A stretch of DNA of 64,000 nt from an uncultured Verrucomicrobiae bacterium. GTDB lineage: Bacteria > Verrucomicrobiota > Verrucomicrobiia > Limisphaerales > JAFGQR01. The stretch lies in NCBI GenBank assembly GCA_963788655.1, contig CAWBHS010000049.1, positions 128,001 through 192,000 of the forward strand, written 5' to 3'. Of this stretch, positions 40,651 to 49,686 are shown in pieces (within the stretch, counting starts at the first letter, position 1; every line of letters starts with the position of its first letter). Made by a program: the position numbers and the translations under genes. Below the pieces are notes generated by a model, which worked only from the letters and a program-made list of their open reading frames with translations, made no database searches and was not told where the DNA came from.

Positions 40651-41541
40651 TCAGGCCTTGATCTCGGCTTGGATTTCGTTGACCAGCTTCTCCAGCCGTC
40701 GCCCATACTCCACGTAGCTGTTGTATTGGGCTGCTTCGGAGGAAGTCACCGCGGCATCGTGGAACACGACCGCCAGGTGGGGTTCAATGGAAATGCCGGC
40801 ATCGTAACCGCGCGCAAAGGCGTCCTTGAGAATGTCGCGCACGCGGCCGGCGCCTTCACCGGGCCAGTTGTAATCGGCATCGTTCTTGGCGGGATTCCAC
40901 GTGGCGTCCTTAATGTGAATGTGCGCGGTCGCATCCCGCACCTTCGTCCAAAACTCCCACGGATCCTGCTTCGGCCAGGGCTTGGGCTTCGACCGGTCGG
41001 CGTTGAAGATGGGATTGGCGGTATCAAACACCCATTTCAAGCCCGGCACTTGTTCCAGCAATTGCAGCGCGTGCTGCCAGCTCATGCCACCGTGGTTCAT
41101 GCAATTTTCATGCACCGGCTGAATGCCCGCATCCAGGAACATCTTCGTGACCTCCCGGACGCGCTCGAACACCACCGGCGGAATGGTGTCGGCATCATCG
41201 GCGGGCTTGAAGCTCATGATGCGCACGAACCGGGTATCGAGCCGTTGCATGCGCGGAATGGCGCGCTTGACTTCGTCCAACGTTACGGCAAACGGCGTCT
41301 CGACCGTCTTGGCCCAGTTCATGATGGCCGAGCCAAAGCAACAGATACCCACGCCGGCTTGTTGGAGTTGGTCCACGACCACGTCAAAACCTGCGTCCGG
41401 GAGGTCGTGGAAATTGGCTTTCCCGTGCCCGGCCACTTCGACCATGCGGCCTTCGATGGACTTCCAGCCCAATTCCTGGGTGGCTTTGATTTGCGTGTCA
41501 ATGCGCGCGCCGGCTTCGTCGGCAATTCCTGTGAGATACAT
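40651..41541 (-). CDS. Sugar phosphate isomerase/epimerase (xylose isomerase-like TIM barrel)
   Basis: GIADE, VRIMSF, HENC, VFDTAN, HIHIKD and ISIEPH. Confidence 0.85.
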   Translation of the reverse strand: MYLTGIADEAGARIDTQIKATQELGWKSIEGRMVEVAGHGKANFHDLPDAGFDVVVDQLQQAGVGICCFGSAIMNWAKTVETPFAVTLDEVKRAIPRMQRLDTRFVRIMSFKPADDADTIPPVVFERVREVTKMFLDAGIQPVHENCMNHGGMSWQHALQLLEQVPGLKWVFDTANPIFNADRSKPKPWPKQDPWEFWTKVRDATAHIHIKDATWNPAKNDADYNWPGEGAGRVRDILKDAFARGYDAGISIEPHLAVVFHDAAVTSSEAAQYNSYVEYGRRLEKLVNEIQAEIKA

Positions 41542-41565
41542 AGGTAGGTTGAAGTGATAAATGGT

Positions 41566-41787
41566 TCAAGGTGAATGATTTGGTTCCGGTCGCCAGTCGG
41601 ATATTGGTGTAAATGTCCTTGAGCGGCACCCGGCAATTGATGGATTTGCCGGCAATCCGCTATGCCGCCGCGTGCCGCCCGCCATGGCAAACAGTTCGCC
41701 GTTCAAGAACTCACTCTTGAACTCCGCCTTATGTTCCAAGGAGAGGTGCTCTTGGCTGGTCAGGCGAGGTTTTGCAACGGTTTGCAT
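41566..41787 (-). pseudogene. Uma2-family endonuclease remnant with internal deletion
   Basis: N-terminus LTSQEHLSLEHKAEFKSEFLNGELFAMAGGTRRHS abuts, out of frame, the C-terminal KSINCRVPLKDIYTNI. The catalytic core is missing. Confidence 0.75.
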
Positions 41788-41792
41788 GCAGC

Positions 41793-42050
41793 TTAGTATT
41801 GCACCCTTTGGAGGTTGACAATTCGAACCTCCGAGACAAAAGCATCCAGCCAGAAGGTGATCAAATACGGTCGCCGCGCGATGACATTAAGATTTCTTCC
41901 AGTTGCGTCCTTAGTGTGATAATCCACCTGCTGATTTGGATCCTTTCGGAGGGCTTCACAGATAGTAAGTAAGTGGCGTCGCTCAGCCGCTTTCCCGTTC
42001 AAAAGAACTTGAAAGGCATCTTCATCGAACACCAGCTTCCACGGTCCCAT
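41793..42050 (-). CDS. Putative type II toxin, RelE/ParE-like
   Basis: 85 aa with WKLVFDEDAF...LRKDP...YLITFWLD...VRIVNL. TGATG overlap with the upstream small gene. Confidence 0.6.
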   Translation of the reverse strand: MGPWKLVFDEDAFQVLLNGKAAERRHLLTICEALRKDPNQQVDYHTKDATGRNLNVIARRPYLITFWLDAFVSEVRIVNLQRVQY

Positions 42051-42262
42051 CACAGTCCTTCCGCTTCCAGTGTTTGATGGATGCGGTGTGCTTGCTCGAC
42101 CGTGACTTTCTTGCCCGCATCCATCCGCTGCATGCGGGCAGCCAATAATGCTTGGTAAGCGGGATCATCTTGCTGAGCCAAGTGTTTCAAGTAGGCAGTG
42201 GCAACAAACCGTTCGTCGTCCGTCATGCGGTCGATGCTGGCTTTGATTTCCGCGGTCGTCAT
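42050..42262 (-). CDS. Putative antitoxin (addiction-module-like small helical protein)
   Basis: 70 aa, MTTAEIKASIDRMTDDER...RMDAGKKVTVEQ; first gene of a coupled pair. Confidence 0.6.
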   Translation of the reverse strand: MTTAEIKASIDRMTDDERFVATAYLKHLAQQDDPAYQALLAARMQRMDAGKKVTVEQAHRIHQTLEAEGL

Positions 42263-42268
42263 AGACAA

Positions 42269-42296
42269 ATCTTAGCAATTGGGTAATTTTTTTCAA
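42269..42296 (-). promoter_or_regulatory. Promoter of the putative TA pair (likely leaderless)
   Basis: Minus strand TTGAAA-16 nt-TAAGAT with extended TG, 6 nt before the ATG at 42262. Confidence 0.5.
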
Positions 42297-42324
42297 GACA
42301 CCGGCTGGCCGCAAATCCAACGGC

Positions 42325-43476
42325 TTACCGATTAAACGACTTCGTCATGTCTTCGGTCGCCGCCTCGACGACTTTCTTTTCGAACTTCGATTCGGCAATC
42401 AACTGGTTGAGTTTCTTCTCGTAAGCCGCGCCGTCCAACGGCAGATCGATGGGCCGGCCTTCCAGCGAGGAAAACAATATCGCGTTGGCCAGTTCAACGG
42501 ACTGAAGTCCTTCCGTTGCCGGCGCAATGAGCGGTGTGCCGTCCAGGATTGCGTCCACGAAGTTTTGGGTGAGTTCGATGTGCTGGCCGCCGGTATTCTC
42601 GAAAGGCACCGCCACGTTCCACACGTCCGGCTTGGCAAAGCCGCTTTTCGCCGTCTGACCGAACTGGAACATTGAGACTTCGTTGCGGGTGAAGGTGATC
42701 TGGTTGTTCTCCAAAACGACTTTGCCGCGTTCCCCGCAAATCTCGAGCCGGTTGGTGCCGGGAGCTTCGCCGGTCGAAGTGATGAACACGCCCGTGGCCC
42801 GGTTCGGCCATTCGAGGAAGGCGGTCACGTTGTCTTCCACTTCGATGTTGTGGTACCGGCCCAGTTGGCAGAAACCATTCACCCGGCTGGGGGCGCCGCA
42901 GAGCCAGATCAGCATGTCGAGATTGTGCGGGCACTGGTTGAGCAGCACGCCGCCGCCTTCGCCCTTCCACGTGGCGCGCCAGCCGCCGCTCGCGTAATAA
43001 ATTTCCGTGCGATACCAATCGGTGATGATCCAATTGGCGCGCACCAGCGTGCCCAGTTCGCCGGTTTGAATCAGGCTCTTGAGCTTTTTGTAGCGCGGGT
43101 CCGTGCGCATCTGCAGCATCGCGGCAAAGATTTGCTTGGGATCTTTGTGGGCGGCTAGCAAGCGTTCGCAGTCCGCGCGGTGAACGGAAATGGGCTTCTC
43201 CACCAACACGTGCAGCCCCTGGCCCAGCGCGTCAATGCCGAGACTGGTGTGAAAGTAATGCGGCGTGGCGATGATGACGGCATCTACCAACCCGGAGCGG
43301 ATCAAGTCTTCGCTTTGGGTGAAGGTCTTGAGTTGTTTATATCGTTCCAGGTTGGCCGGAATGGCGTCACTGACCGCCTTCACCTCAGCCCGGTCGATCT
43401 TACCGTTCAGCAGGTAATCCGCGTGAAATCGCCCGATGTTGCCCAGCCCGATAATTCCCAAACGCACTTTGCTCAT
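42325..43476 (-). CDS. Gfo/Idh/MocA family oxidoreductase
   Basis: GIIGLGNIG, IATPHYFH, HVLVEKP and GGGVLLNQCPHNLD. Confidence 0.92.
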   Translation of the reverse strand: MSKVRLGIIGLGNIGRFHADYLLNGKIDRAEVKAVSDAIPANLERYKQLKTFTQSEDLIRSGLVDAVIIATPHYFHTSLGIDALGQGLHVLVEKPISVHRADCERLLAAHKDPKQIFAAMLQMRTDPRYKKLKSLIQTGELGTLVRANWIITDWYRTEIYYASGGWRATWKGEGGGVLLNQCPHNLDMLIWLCGAPSRVNGFCQLGRYHNIEVEDNVTAFLEWPNRATGVFITSTGEAPGTNRLEICGERGKVVLENNQITFTRNEVSMFQFGQTAKSGFAKPDVWNVAVPFENTGGQHIELTQNFVDAILDGTPLIAPATEGLQSVELANAILFSSLEGRPIDLPLDGAAYEKKLNQLIAESKFEKKVVEAATEDMTKSFNR

Positions 43477-43581
43477 GGTTGCTCGTTGAATCGAAAATAA
43501 TTGTCTGCAATGGCGAAAGTATCCAACGACGACAAAATTCGGCGCAAGCTATTTCTAGTTGCCGCCTCGATTCAACGAGCG

Positions 43582-43667
43582 GTACGGCACGCCGTCCTCT
43601 GAGCGCGGCGAAGGTGCAACCCCGCGTCGTGGTAACCGACTGGCGCGCACGGAGTGACGCGCCCTGC
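43582..43667. repeat. Degenerate REP doublet (GTAGGGCGCG-type)
   Basis: GTACGGCACGCCGTCCTCTGAGCGCGGCG ... TGGCGCGCACGGAGTGACGCGCCCTGC form imperfect inverted arms. Confidence 0.5.
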
Positions 43668-43692
43668 CGTTCCGCCACAGGCCGGATACGAC

Positions 43693-44091
43693 TTAGCCGA
43701 AGTCTCGGTGATGCGGATCGCGCAAATCGGGACTGATGATTGGGATCTCCCGATCAAACGTTCGGGCGATGACCGCCACTTGGGGAATGTATCGCAGATA
43801 CGATGGCGTTGGCGGTCGCGGTTCAAAATAAGCCACCGGCGTCGCATTGTTCGGAAACGTGTTCAAAAATTGGCTGATTACCTGTGCCGGCAAACTTTTC
43901 GCCGCGTCGTGCCAGCGGTTGATGACCACCAGACTGTCGATCGTGTTGACCCGGTCGATTCTCGCCAGGTTCTGGACTGGATAATGCCAGGTCGTATCAA
44001 ATTGTTGGGTGAATTGTCTAATCGATGCTCCGGAGGCCGTCGCCGTCGCGAGTGCAAGGATCGACCCCATGAGCAGTGTCAATGTTTTCAT
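43693..44091 (-). CDS. Hypothetical secreted protein (132 aa)
   Basis: Strong RBS (GAAGGAG) and signal peptide MKTLTLLMGSILALATATASG. Confidence 0.65.
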   Translation of the reverse strand: MKTLTLLMGSILALATATASGASIRQFTQQFDTTWHYPVQNLARIDRVNTIDSLVVINRWHDAAKSLPAQVISQFLNTFPNNATPVAYFEPRPPTPSYLRYIPQVAVIARTFDREIPIISPDLRDPHHRDFG

Positions 44092-44257
44092 AACGTAGCT
44101 CCTTCACATAAATGTTTTTGGTTCACGGCAGGGCGAAAGCTGCTGGTGCCTTGAGGCGCAGTGCCAGTACCTTCGCCGGCTTGGCCGTCAATCCGTGGCT
44201 CGACATCCTCCAGTGCCGGCTGGCCATTTCCTGCCGGTCAACGAGGAGGCGGGCCCT

Positions 44258-44620
44258 TCAATTCGAGGCCAGCCAGTAACGGGCTTCATTGGCGGCTTCA
44301 TGGTCGAAGTAGCGGATTTTCGCGCGAGTGAACGGCCGGCATGCGCCCGCCATCCATTTCTGCCACCGCTTTTCACCGACCAAGGCCAGTCGCTCGATGT
44401 CCGCAAAGTGCCGCAGGTCAAACTTGATGTCCTGCCACAATCCGCCGGTGTTCCACCCATGAAAGTCACGCATGTCGAACAAGATTCGGAGGCGGCCTTT
44501 GCGTTGGATGGCATGTTCCACTTCCGGTACAAACTGCCGATAATCTTCGGTCGTCAGTTTGCCGCTGGCCTGCACTTCGATGAATTTTCCGTCGTCCAGT
44601 TCTTTCAATTCAATGGCCAT
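44258..44620 (-). CDS. STAS/SEC14 (SpoIIAA-like) domain protein
   Basis: SGKLTTEDY, RILFDMRDFHGW, WQDIKFD, RLALVGEKRWQ and IRYFD..EA..WL; RBS AAAGGA. Confidence 0.88.
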   Translation of the reverse strand: MAIELKELDDGKFIEVQASGKLTTEDYRQFVPEVEHAIQRKGRLRILFDMRDFHGWNTGGLWQDIKFDLRHFADIERLALVGEKRWQKWMAGACRPFTRAKIRYFDHEAANEARYWLASN

Positions 44621-45027
44621 AAAATTCCTTTCTTCTTTGAAGCGATTACTGATTTGAACGCGTTGAGCAACTGGGACGACCGCGCGGCGTCCGCTCGTGT
44701 TTCCCAAGACCTCATTACCCACTTCATGCACGCGGCGCTTCCGCTGGGAAACGGCCTTCTCAGTTCGGCGTTCTCTGGTTCCAAACGCCTGCGTTAGCGT
44801 TTTCCCATTCACAACTTCAATGTGCCCCAGTCGCGTTACGTCGAACTGTCCCTTGGATTACAAAAATGTAAGGTTGGCCTCCGGGATTGTTTCGGTAATT
44901 CGCTGACGGGCAAACGCGGCAAAAATTTTCGCGTCACTTCAGGATTGGTCTTTTCGGGCTGGCCGTTCATAATGCGCCCCGCAACGCGCTCCTGATTCGG
45001 ATGGGAGCGCATTCGGAAGTTACTTGA

Positions 45028-46818
45028 ATGGAAATACAAAAATCGTCCAAGCCGGGACGCCCGATCAACGCGGTGGGGATTTCCCTGCTGTCGGTATTGA
45101 TCGGCATCGTGGCCGGAGTGGGGGCCGCGCTGTTTCGCTGGCTGATTGGACTGTTTCACAATCTCTTTTTGTTGGGTAGTTGGTCGATCGGATACGACGC
45201 CAACGCCCACACGGGTCCCAGCCCCTGGGGGGTTGGGATCATTCTGGTTCCGGTGGTGGGCGGTTTGATCGTGGTGTTTCTGGTCCGCAACTTCGCGCCG
45301 GAAGCCAAGGGACACGGCGTGCCGGAGGTGATGGACGCCATTTACTACGCCAAAGGCATCATCCGCCCGATCGTGGTGCTCATCAAGGCGCTGGCATCCG
45401 CCGTTTCCATCGGTTCGGGCGGATCGGTGGGCCGTGAAGGTCCGATCATCCAGATCGGTTCGGCGTTCGGTTCGACGGTGGGCCAACTGCTGCACCTCCC
45501 GGCCTGGCAACGAGTGACGATGATCGCCGCGGGCGCGGGCGGCGGGATCGCGGCGACATTCAATACGCCGATCGGCGGGATTTTGTTTGCCGCCGAAATC
45601 ATGTTGCACGAAGTAAGCGTGCGTACGCTCGTGCCCGTCTCGCTGGCGACCGCCACGGCCACTTATGTTGGCCGGCTGTTCTTCGGCGCGACGCCGTCGT
45701 TTGTCATTCCTGAATTTCAAAATCCTGATTTCCACATCACGCATCCGGCGGTGTTGCCCTCCTACGTGTTGATGGGCGTGTTGCTGGGATTTGCTTCCGC
45801 GCTGTTCACCAAATCAATTTACGCGTTCGAAGACTTCTTTGACGGGCACATCCGAAAGAACGCCTACTTGCGTCACGCCGCGGGCATGTTGCCGGTGGGA
45901 CTCCTGATGTATGTCATGATGGCGACGACCGGAAAATATCACGTCGCGGGCATCGGCTACGCCACCATCCAGGACATCCTGACCAACACGCTGCCCGGGT
46001 TTTATTTTCTGCTGCTGTTGTTCGCGCTCAAGCTGCTGGCAACCAGCTTGACGTTGGGCTCCGGGGGATCGGGCGGCATCTTCTCGCCGTCGCTCTTTCT
46101 GGGCGCCACGTTGGGCTGTGCATACGGGCTGCTCCTGGACAAAGTGTTCATTGATCTGCCCATCAGTCCGTCTGCCTTTGCCGTAGCGGGCATGGCGGGG
46201 ATGGTGGGCGGCGCTACCGGTGCCGCCATGACGGCCATCGTCATGATCTTCGAAATGACCCTGGACTACGGGGTCATCATCCCGATGGCAGTCACCGTGG
46301 CCGTGAGTTACGGCGTCCGCAAGGCCTTGTTGAACGAAAGCATTTACACGCTGAAACTGGTGCGCCGCGGTCATTTCATGCCGGAGGCGTTGCAGACCAA
46401 TTTCTATTACTTGCGGCTGGCTCGCGATTTGAAGGAAAAGAAGATGGTTATTGTGCCCGCCGCCATGACGTTGAAGGAGTTTGTGGGCCTGCTGCCTGAG
46501 AAAAAGCCGTTTCCCTGTTACCTGGCCGAACGGGATGGCCAGTTAGCCGGCCTGGTCAAGCCCGACGAGGCGTTGCACGCCTGCGAATTGGGGAGGGGCT
46601 CCGCACCGCTGTTGGACATTGCGACGCAGGCGTACGCCGTGGTGAACGAAAACACCACATTGTTCGAGATTATCACCAAGATGCGGCATGACCGATTGGA
46701 AGGCTTCCTGGTGTCGCCGGCCGGTTTTCCGCTGGCGGTTGGGGACGTGCAAGGTTGGATTTCCAAGGAACGCATTGCCAATGCCTCGGTGGAGTCCATC
46801 GACATGTTCGCCGACTGA
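45028..46818 (+). CDS. ClC-family chloride channel/antiporter with CBS-like C-terminus
   Basis: GHGVPEV, GGSVGREGP, AATFNTPIGG, GGSGGIFSP, FEMT and SIYT. Confidence 0.92.
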   Translation: MEIQKSSKPGRPINAVGISLLSVLIGIVAGVGAALFRWLIGLFHNLFLLGSWSIGYDANAHTGPSPWGVGIILVPVVGGLIVVFLVRNFAPEAKGHGVPEVMDAIYYAKGIIRPIVVLIKALASAVSIGSGGSVGREGPIIQIGSAFGSTVGQLLHLPAWQRVTMIAAGAGGGIAATFNTPIGGILFAAEIMLHEVSVRTLVPVSLATATATYVGRLFFGATPSFVIPEFQNPDFHITHPAVLPSYVLMGVLLGFASALFTKSIYAFEDFFDGHIRKNAYLRHAAGMLPVGLLMYVMMATTGKYHVAGIGYATIQDILTNTLPGFYFLLLLFALKLLATSLTLGSGGSGGIFSPSLFLGATLGCAYGLLLDKVFIDLPISPSAFAVAGMAGMVGGATGAAMTAIVMIFEMTLDYGVIIPMAVTVAVSYGVRKALLNESIYTLKLVRRGHFMPEALQTNFYYLRLARDLKEKKMVIVPAAMTLKEFVGLLPEKKPFPCYLAERDGQLAGLVKPDEALHACELGRGSAPLLDIATQAYAVVNENTTLFEIITKMRHDRLEGFLVSPAGFPLAVGDVQGWISKERIANASVESIDMFAD

Positions 46819-47156
46819 GCCGGGTTCTTTCGGGTGGTGATGGGCGTGTGCCCGCCTCGGGCACTGTTTACGGACCTTGCCGTTGACCCACCACCAAACA
46901 TCAGTCAGCAGGCGAGAGTGCTATTCCAATCGCGGTCGGCGCGAGGCGCACTGAACAATCGACGAGGTGCCCGTACCCCCCGCGGCATGTTTGTAAGGGA
47001 TGATGTTCGACCTGTGATGCCGCCCGGCCATTCCAAGACGAAATGGCAACTGATTTACCAAAGGCTGATCAAGCGGTTTCCAACTTTCGCAGGTCAATCC
47101 GCCGGTGGATTCTTGCAACTCTTTGACCGTCAAGCCCGAGTCCAGATTGAGTTTGG

Positions 47157-47173
47157 TCGGCACGATTGAGGCT
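47157..47173 (+). promoter_or_regulatory. Possible sigma54 promoter
   Basis: TCGGCACGATTGAGGCT has GG-N10-GC spacing and GGCACG, but the -12 context is non-consensus. Confidence 0.3.
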
Positions 47174-47364
47174 GAAAGCCAAGTGAAGATGTGCAGGAAG
47201 TTAATGCACACCGAAAGAAACCAAACCAACCATGGCATGGCGGAACGGCTGCACTGGAATCCCGCGCGAGCCGCGTCGGCTCGGGAGCATAAATGCTCCG
47301 GGAATGTCCTTTGCCCCGGCCGCAGGTGCGTGGGGGGAACAACGAATACTTGAAATTACGAATT

Positions 47365-48045
47365 ATGAAAATGATACCTCCATTTTTGAGATTGGGAGTG
47401 GTGGCTATTTGCGCCACTGGTTTGATGAGCGGCACCGCGTTGGCTGACAACTGTGGGATGTGTATGCAGCACAAAGACATGATGCACAAGCAGAGCGCCC
47501 TGCGTGACCAAGGCATCATCAACAAGATCAATGACCACGGCCAATGGCTGACCCTCCGCGACCGGGATCAGGCAGTTCTCCGGGTCAATTGGAATCAAAA
47601 CACCAAAATATTGAAACAAGGCAAACCGCTCGCGGCGAACCGTCTAAAGTCCGGCGAGTTTGTCCGGGTACGATATGAGAAACAAGGAAACCAGCTTCTG
47701 GCCCAGGAAATCCGGGCGCTTCCCCACCATCAGCAGCAGCAGGCCATGCGTCACCGACAATGGCTGCGCGAATGCGGGACTATCGAGCAGGTGAACGCCA
47801 ACGACAATACCTTCAAGGTTCTGGATCCGCACCAAGCCACGTTGGGAGTGGTCTGGAATAACCAGACCAAGTTTTTCGAGCAGGGAAAACGGATCCAAGC
47901 GAGTCAGTTGAAAGCGGGTGAACAAGTGCGGTTGACCTATGAAAAAGAGAACGGCCAACTGCTGGCCAAGGATATCTACGTGATGCCTGAGATGCACCAA
48001 AACATGGAGCGGATGTCCCAGCGCATATCGCACCGGATGTCGTAA
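47365..48045 (+). CDS. Secreted protein with two tandem DUF5666/OB-fold-like domains and Met/His-rich ends
   Basis: Signal peptide and a duplicated G.I..(I/V)N...V.WN..TK...QGK......LK.GE.V...YEK....LLA..I unit. Confidence 0.7.
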   Translation: MKMIPPFLRLGVVAICATGLMSGTALADNCGMCMQHKDMMHKQSALRDQGIINKINDHGQWLTLRDRDQAVLRVNWNQNTKILKQGKPLAANRLKSGEFVRVRYEKQGNQLLAQEIRALPHHQQQQAMRHRQWLRECGTIEQVNANDNTFKVLDPHQATLGVVWNNQTKFFEQGKRIQASQLKAGEQVRLTYEKENGQLLAKDIYVMPEMHQNMERMSQRISHRMS

Positions 48046-48235
48046 GTAGCCTCCGGCCGTTCTCATGGACGGTGAGCTGCTTGCGAAACGAGGTATACCC
48101 AACCGGGCTGACGGCGGGACTTCAAATGGAATCGGCCGCCGGTTTCCAGGTTGGCCGGGCCGTTGAAGAAATTTTTCGCCGTCAGCATCTTTTCGCATAC
48201 CAATCGCGGTAATTGTGCCACGTTGCGGCGGTAAT

Positions 48236-49393
48236 ATGCCGATCCGACGTGTCATTTTTCATCTGGACATGGATGCGTTTTACGCCTCGATCGAACAGCG
48301 CGATCATCCGGCGTTGCGCGGACAGCCGGTCATTGTCGGCGCGCCGGCCAATCAACGGGGCGTCGTGTGCGCCGCCAGTTACGAAGCCCGGAAATTTGGC
48401 GTCCACTCCGCCATGCCCAGCGCTACGGCCGGACGACTTTGCCCGAAGGGTGTTTTTGTCCGACCACGGATGGAGCATTACCAAGCGGAGTCGCGTCACC
48501 TCATGCGTCTCCTGGCGGAGAGTGGCGCGGTCATTGAACAGATGTCCATTGACGAGGCCTATTTGGATGTGTCGGCGACGGTGGCGGAAGCCGTGAGCGA
48601 TCCGATAGGGGCGGGAGCTGGCGCGGACGTGGCTGCGTTCGGAAGCGACGGGAAGCCTGTTCTACCGGTGGCCACGGACGAAGCACTGTATCGGGCGCTG
48701 CCATTGGCGCGGCAAATGAAACAGCGCATCTCCGTCGAACGTCAACTCACGGCGACGATCGGGATTGCCGCCAACAAGTTGCTGGCCAAAATTGCCAGTG
48801 ACTTTCGCAAGCCTGACGGACTGACGCTCATTCCGGAACAAGACAAGGTGCGCTTTCTTCGTCCGCTGCCGGTGCGGGCGCTTTACGGCGTGGGCAAAGT
48901 CACCGAGCAAGTGCTTCACCAGGCTGGTATCCGCACGGTGGGTGAGGTGCAAGATTATGCCGGCGACCTCCGGGCTCTAATCGGCTCGTTTGGCTCCACG
49001 CTCAAGCAGTTCGCCGTTGGCGAAGACGACCGACCGCTGGAACTGGGAGACGAAGTCAAAAGCATCAGCAACGAGGAAACCTTTTTGCGCGACACCGAAG
49101 ATCGGAAGGACCTGCGCGCCTGCCTGCGTCTGCAAGCCACGGAGCTTGCCGCCAAGCTTCAGCGCAAACGTCTCGCCGCGCACACGGTCCAGGTCAAAGT
49201 CCGTTACAGTGACTTCACCACGCTTACGCGGCAGATCACCGTCGAAGAACCGCTCGCCGAGGCGGCGGTAATCTATCGGCTTGCGTGCTTCCTGCTGGCC
49301 CGGGACAAACTGGTGACGCGGCCCTTGCGCCTGTTGGGCCTGGGGGTCAGCAACCTGAGCGAACCGCAAAGCCGGCAACTGATGCTGTTCTAA
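48236..49393 (+). CDS. dinB: DNA polymerase IV
   Basis: HLDMDAFYASIE, ASYEARKFGVHSAMP, SIDEAYLD, AKIASDFRKPDG and LRLLGLGVS. Confidence 0.96.
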   Translation: MPIRRVIFHLDMDAFYASIEQRDHPALRGQPVIVGAPANQRGVVCAASYEARKFGVHSAMPSATAGRLCPKGVFVRPRMEHYQAESRHLMRLLAESGAVIEQMSIDEAYLDVSATVAEAVSDPIGAGAGADVAAFGSDGKPVLPVATDEALYRALPLARQMKQRISVERQLTATIGIAANKLLAKIASDFRKPDGLTLIPEQDKVRFLRPLPVRALYGVGKVTEQVLHQAGIRTVGEVQDYAGDLRALIGSFGSTLKQFAVGEDDRPLELGDEVKSISNEETFLRDTEDRKDLRACLRLQATELAAKLQRKRLAAHTVQVKVRYSDFTTLTRQITVEEPLAEAAVIYRLACFLLARDKLVTRPLRLLGLGVSNLSEPQSRQLMLF

Positions 49394-49431
49394 GTAAGAC
49401 GTTCTTTGAGCGCGTCAAAGCGGCGACAAAA

Positions 49432-49547
49432 GTAGGACTGCCGTCCCGGCGGTTTCGAACGGCCCAAGTCGCCTCTTCTGGCAATAACCGGGCCATAAAA
49501 CTACAACCCCCATTGACCATTCGGGACGGGTCGGACGCCTGTCCTAC
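49432..49547. repeat. REPIN/MITE family A, copy 3
   Basis: GTAGGACTGCCGTCCCGGCGGTTTCGAAC ... ATTCGGGACGGGTCGGACGCCTGTCCTAC. Confidence 0.75.
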
Positions 49548-49686
49548 GGGTTCCAGAGGGCGTCGGGGAGGGAACCGGCAGCACGGTGCCAACCACGTTT
49601 TGCGCATTGACATATCTCATCGCCACTGTTAGCGGTTCTTCAATATTGAACGGACGAACAACGATCACAACACGGACAGGCACACC

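Noticed and set aside
44621..44812. N-terminal extension of the STAS/SEC14 ORF
   Set aside because: The RBS and domain boundary support the start at 44620.
44880..45027. Possible fluoride riboswitch upstream of the ClC gene
   Set aside because: No crcB-motif consensus is visible, and the protein has GHGVP/GREGP rather than the GNNLI/GREGT signature of fluoride-specific CLCs.
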